Positions 57,299 through 64,000 of a stretch of DNA of 64,000 nucleotides are shown piece by piece (position 1 is the stretch's first letter; each line of letters opens with the position of its first letter). Source of the stretch: Chrysomallon squamiferum (lineage: Eukaryota; Animalia; Mollusca); NCBI GenBank assembly GCA_012295275.1, contig CM022679.1, positions 9,610,001-9,674,000 on the forward strand, read 5' to 3'. The notes beneath the pieces are model-generated. The model did no database searches. It was not told where the DNA came from and saw only the letters and a list, made by a program, of their open reading frames with translations. The position numbers were made by a program, and so were the translations under genes.

Positions 57299-58473
57299 AA
57301 TAATTAAATAAATATACATACGATGACGATAAATAAATAAATAAAAATAAATAAATAACGATGATAATAAATAAATAAATAAATAAATAAATAAATAGAT
57401 AGATAAATAGAATATCATTATATTTCAAAAAAAAAAAAAAAAAAAAAAAAAAAACGAGACATACAAAAAGACCGATACAACATTTCCGCAAACAAAATAA
57501 AGACATCTAATAACAATGAAACTCCAGCCTGTAAATGAAATTAACGAAACTGTTTTTCTCTTTTCCCTACAGTCATCATACAATACGGAAAGATACCAGC
57601 TTGCTGTAAGAACTGTACACACCAGCAGTTGTAAATCATAACAGTCGATTTGAACTACAATAAAATAATATCATTATGGATTTTAAATATTTGTAATTCA
57701 TTGATTTTTTTTCCTTATCAACAAAAATTTTTTGGGGATATGAAATGAATACTTCTAACTGAAAACAAACAAGGATAAAAGTAAATTCTCAGATGTTTGG
57801 CTAGTATGCCGAGTGGGAGGTTGGCAGCAAGACTTGCCGTATTAATGATCGTGTATAAATCGAACCATTACCGCTAATTGCGTCGTAGTATGAAATGTCG
57901 TTCCAGTAATACAAATGTCCAGTCTATAAATACGTCTTTAAGAGGACTGCCACAATATTTCTCTCCCATCGAGATAAATGTTGCTGTAGACTCGAGGTAC
58001 TTGCGATAACAATATAAAAATGTCTTGTTCAGCATTTCTGTTCTTGATAAAACTACGGAGACAAAACCGTAGCATCAGTAATTATTGATAAAGCTATGAA
58101 GTCACCCGCACAAAAAAAATATATATATATATTTTGTGCGGGTATATATATATATATTAGTAAAGAGATGAACTGATAGAACAATATCACGGACATAGAA
58201 ACGGACAACATACTGTATGAAAAAACCCACAGAAAGAACATCCTGAGAAACACAGATTTGTACAAAATGAAGTAAATTCTTCGTTGCCGTTGGAAAATAT
58301 CACAACATACGACGACGACGACGACGACGACTATGACAACCCGTCACGCTTTGGAAAAGACACGTGTAGTTTTACAAGTGATGAATACGAACATAATCAC
58401 CAGAACAAAACGTCCCAGTTGCCAGCTGTGTGAGTCCCAGACCCAGCAGACGTTTCACAGAAATTAAAGACTC

Positions 58474-58547
58474 TGAATGAATGAATGAATGAATGAATGT
58501 TTAACGACACCCCAGCACAAAATAATATATCGGCCACTGGGTGTCAA
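58474..58547 (-). mobile_element. Probable SINE/LINE 3'-tail fragment with a (TGAA)n tail
   Basis: (TGAA)n followed by TTTAACGACACCCCAGCACA; the same 20-mer occurs inverted at 3911-3930. Confidence 0.5.
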
Positions 58548-59023
58548 GTTAAATATAACAAAAGTGGTGAATATTTTCTATATGAAAATTCAAAATTAGT
58601 CAAAAAAAAAAAAAAAAAAAAAAAAAAACCACTGCGTAAAGAGATGTGCAAAAAGTATCACAGCTTATTTAAATTATAATTTATGGTAAAAATTCTCTAA
58701 AAAAAAAACTCGGGATGGAATCGAATTAATTCAACCACATTTTGGCTTTGAACGAACAGGGTTATAATTAATCATCAAGTATTTCTGAGAATTACATTTT
58801 ATACACAGCTTTTATTGATATACGGTTATAATTATGACGGATGAAATGACGGAAATAACTTGCTCGTGTTTTGACTGCACATGTTCATAGTTTTATGAAC
58901 TGAATGAGAAGATTTAGTTTAACTTGCAGGGAAAAACGTGACCATGTTGTCTTCAGTTACAAAAGAAAAAATAAGTTATAATATAATGTGGATATTATAT
59001 TCCGTGCGTTATTAACTTTAATA

Positions 59024-59088
<65 letters not shown>

Positions 59089-59892
59089 CAACTGTTATCT
59101 CCATCATAAACGAAACAATCAGCCAAGGAAATGCTGATGGGTTTTTATCAAAACCAGACAATATGTTTGAGACATTTCGATAACGTTATCAATCGTAAGA
59201 AAAACAAAACAATAAAGGGCGTATGGTGAATGTTGCTTATTCCCTAAACGTATCTAACTCACATCTCCCGAGTTATCTAACACAGGTCACGATTAAAACC
59301 TAAGACAAATACTAATCCTGTGCGATGATTTCGTGTTATCGAAGTTTTCAGAGATAACGGGGATATAACAGTCTACGATACAACGTCATAAGAAAGGCAA
59401 CTGCAAGACTGACAAAGATTTGAAACAATGACTGTCTGTGAGGTGGTGAAATGAGAGAGCGTATTTGTAAAACAAAAAAAACAAAAAAAACATATCAGAA
59501 AAATAAAAACATGTTACATAATACAGAACGTTACATTAAATATAATACAAAAGACATAGAAAAAAAAAAAAAAAAAAAAAAAATGGGGAAAGATTATTTT
59601 CATCTCCCTATTTTTGAAATAAATAAAGGATTAAAATGTCTAGTAAAAATAACTCATGATAAATTCATGAATTCGTTAATTATGTATTTTACGGTGCTAC
59701 GGTTTATTTTTATGTATAAATTAAAGGGAGAGGGTTTTAATATATATAATTAAAATAAATTAGCAAAACTGATTCAGCGAAAGCTGTGTATTTTTGACAT
59801 GTACTCGAAGATAGAGAAACAGAGATAGGAAGATAGAAGAAAGAAAGAGAAACAGAGAGAGATATACAAAGGCAGATAAATAGATATATATG

Positions 59893-59983
<91 letters not shown>

Positions 59984-60095
59984 AGATAATAAGAGACAGA
60001 GAAAGAGAGAGAGAGAGAATAAGATAATAAGACAGTGAGAGAGAGAGAGAAACCGACCGTTAAAGAGAGACGGAGAGCGAGAGAAAAAATAAGAC

Positions 60096-60180
<85 letters not shown>

Positions 60181-61085
60181 ACCTGCAAAAGCGGACGGAG
60201 AGAGATAAAGAGATAAAAAGAAGAACTGTAATTCGTGTGAATGGGAAATTGATGATTTGACAGACTACACAGGCTGAGATAATGATCCACTATTCTATTC
60301 TACAGCGCTCCGCCCCGGGCGCTGGTTTGTGTGTAGATGCAGGTGCGGAGATCTCCCAGGGCAAATAATTATCACTGGAGAAGCGGCTCCCAGCACACAA
60401 TAGAATTTATATCTCTGCCGAGTTCGGGACTATACAAATATCTTTTTAAAAATCTCTCCACACACAAAATAAAAAAAAAATCTTCTTGTGTTTTTATTTA
60501 TTATTATTATTGATATATGCGGAATAATAATAATGTTGTGATTTCTCGTTGCTTTATTTTCTCGTGATTTGAATTTTTTAGTTTTTGGGATTTATTTTCT
60601 CGTGATAAGTTTATAATACATGAAGATTGTCGTCAAAAGACTGTATCAAATGATGTTGTGATCCATCGTTTATTCGTGTATGATATTTTAAGCAAATATT
60701 TGCACATCTTAGTTCTATGTCACGTGTGTATAACCGGAGAAAAAAAAAATATATTATTCGATATGGGGCGTTGTCTGCTTTTGGAATAATGGGGAAAAAT
60801 TTTCGCAAAAATTCGCAATTTGCTTCTGAATGAAAATGAAATATTAAGGAAAATGAAATTTACTAAATTGATATATTAATAATTAAGAAATTAATTCTTT
60901 GCAGAGTGTGTTGAAGCTGTTATATGTAGAATATATATATATATTTAGTTCTTATATTTGTAACAGGTTATTTTATCAGCGTTTGTTTTGTTCCCATTAA
61001 AAAGTATTACAAAATTATTTAGATGCTCCTGTCCAAATAAAGTCATTTTTCTACCTTGTGCATATGTGTGTATGTGTATGTGTGT

Positions 61086-61166
<81 letters not shown>

Positions 61167-61239
61167 TGTGAATGTGAAAAAAGAATTAAATTCCAACATG
61201 TCGAAATGTAATCTAAATAAGAATAATAATAATAATTAC

Positions 61240-61281
<42 letters not shown>

Positions 61282-61624
61282 TACAATAATAATAATAATA
61301 TAATTACAACAACAACAATAATAATAGTAATAAAAATAATAATAAAAACAATTATAATAATAATGTTAAAAGGATTATAGATAAGTGTTCTATTTCAAGA
61401 AATTAGCTTTACAGAATACAGCTTGGGGCGCTCTCTAAGTAACTGATTATGGTTCTAATGGTTCCGCTCTTTCAAGTTAATCAAATGTGAACGAAACGAT
61501 AATAAACGTATAACTGGATTTCTTGTCGAGCGAACAATAGACAGAAGAACAATGTCATTATGTGTGCCAAAGTATACATGAAAATACATATGGTAGTCTG
61601 TTTGGAAAGAAAATATATATAAAA

Positions 61625-61660
<36 letters not shown>

Positions 61661-62071
61661 TGCATGAATGTATTTATATGTATGTATGTATCTATTATAT
61701 GTATGGATGTATGTATGTATGTAAGTATGAATCTATATATTTATTGTTTGTATATGTGCGTTTTTCTTTGTGTGTACATTTTGCGGGCTCCATGTGTAAC
61801 AGAACTTAATTTTTAAGACAATATTTTTTCAAGAAGAAGAAAAAAAAAGAAGAAGAAGAAGAAGAAGAGGCTTTTCAAAGTAATTTCCCTCCACTTATGT
61901 TTAAACATTTTTATAAAGTGAATATTTAGAATCAGTTAAAAAACATAAATTCTTTTTTTTTATAAAATTACAAGTCAACTACAAACAACTACCACAGCTG
62001 GAATATTGAAAACAGTTCACTTAAACTTAACACTGCAAAAAGGATAATACTCTATATATTTATATATCTGT

Positions 62072-62157
<86 letters not shown>

Positions 62158-62223
62158 TAAATGTATATTTTAGAAACATAGTACATTTGGAAATTTTATT
62201 TTATAAATTTTTATAACAGTATA

Positions 62224-62260
<37 letters not shown>

Positions 62261-62935
62261 TTTAAATGTATATTTTAAAAAACATAGTACATTAGGAAAC
62301 TTTATTTTATATATAAATGTAAATTCTAAAGACATAATACATTCAGAAATCTCTTTTACACTTAAATATATTTAAAAAATATAACATGTTTGAAATATTT
62401 ATTTCACATTTAAAGCTATATTATAAAACTGTGGCACATTTGAAAATTTATTTTATATTTAAATGTATAATCTTAAAAAATATGTTATATTTTAAATTTA
62501 AAAAAAAAATAATAATTATTTACAATATTACCGTATATAAACAAACACAGATGGTTAAATTCATATTTAATGATGTAGCTATATCACACTAAATAAAATC
62601 TAAATGAATGAAATATAAATTTTGTTCACGTTCAGGTCATATTAAAACAAAATACGAATGAAACACAAATACATTATATGATTACCCCAAGTTCATAAAA
62701 AAAACAAACCCCAAAAAAAAAAAAAAAAAAACCCAAACCGAAAAAAAAAAAAACACAACCCCAAAACCCCCCAAAAACAATAAAAACGTAAAACAAATAA
62801 ACAAAACAACAACTGACAACAACAACAAATAAATAAATAAATAAATAAATAAATCCCAAACCAAAACAACCAACCACTGAAGATGGGAATAATTCAAAAC
62901 AAACAAACAAACAAACAAACAAACAAACAAACAAA

Positions 62936-62978
<43 letters not shown>

Positions 62979-63078
62979 AAAAAATATATTATACAAACAT
63001 ATGAAGACAAGTAAAATATAATTCAGAGATGATAAAATTTACACCAGTGTAACGCTTGTATTCTTAAAACTAAAACTC

Positions 63079-63119
<41 letters not shown>

Positions 63120-63352
63120 CAGTTGTTACAGTAATAATAGTAAGAGGATTAGTATTAATACTAACAGTAGTACAAGGAGTAGCAGTGGTAGAAGTAGAAG
63201 TAGTAATAGAAGTAGTAGTAGAAGTAATCGCAGTAGCTTAATAGTAAATTATAAATAAACATAATAAGTTTCCAACAAATTTTATTTCATTTTTAATTTG
63301 CTTTAAAATGTTTCTATTCTTTCTTTTTTAAAGCTTTTTTCTTCAAGGTTTT

Positions 63353-63407
<55 letters not shown>

Positions 63408-64000
63408 TTAATCTTGTTCTTTTTTTTTCCCCTGTTTAGAATTATTATTTTTATTAATTATTTATTAGTTTATCATTTAATTTTATTTTGTTAGTTATCA
63501 TTTTATTTTATTTTTTTATTATTTTTTTATTTTTAATTCTGTAAAACATTTACAGACACACAAATTCTTCTTACTTGTAGGAAATTCTACACGTTTAACA
63601 TCTGTAATTTAATCGCGCAGAAACGAAGTGAATTTGTAATGCATCGGGAATGTAAAATAAATACTGTACTTACAAAAACACGCAGAAAATTGTTTACACA
63701 GCTTGAGTCTCTACGGATGAGCAAAGATGCCACAGTACACTCTTTACTAATATCATTTAATCGGCGGAAAATTATTGTTTTGAAAATCCACGAATATCTT
63801 TAGGCAAAACACATATATGAATACACACACGTACACACTTATTATATACATTGTAAATATTTATACATATACACATATACACACACATATATATACATAG
63901 TCACATATACATAATATATATATATATATATATATTTATTTATTTACACACACACACACACGCGCACACACAGGAATAACTACACAGACATAACGAATGT

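Noticed and set aside
63575-63601. Possible 27-nt phase 1-1 micro-exon (ag|ATGTTAAACG...CCTACAA|gtaaga)
   Set aside because: Poor pyrimidine tract and no supporting context; such matches arise by chance.

Overview
This is AT-rich, microsatellite-dense animal genomic DNA; it looks molluscan, but that is an inference. The left 29 kb holds 22 minus-strand coding exons that I joined by hand with consistent splice phases into one open frame (5430 nt, about 1810 codons). The protein is an invertebrate TNRC18/BAHCC1/winged-eye-family chromatin regulator. The C-terminal part, where the BAH domain is expected, lies beyond the left edge. Two candidate first coding exons and a GC-box/CCAAT promoter sit near 36 kb. 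The remaining ~28 kb has no convincing host gene, only simple repeats, GC-richer regulatory-like islands, a probable MITE, SINE-tail fragments and one orphan protein-like ORF. The most unusual observation is that intronic tandem repeats of this gene repeatedly copy its own splice signals: a ~15-copy donor-site array, a 6-copy branch-point array, a donor-anchored array and a duplicated exon end with its donor. The gene also has a GC-AG intron and a strong excess of phase-1 introns. No CRISPR, rRNA or tRNA genes were seen.
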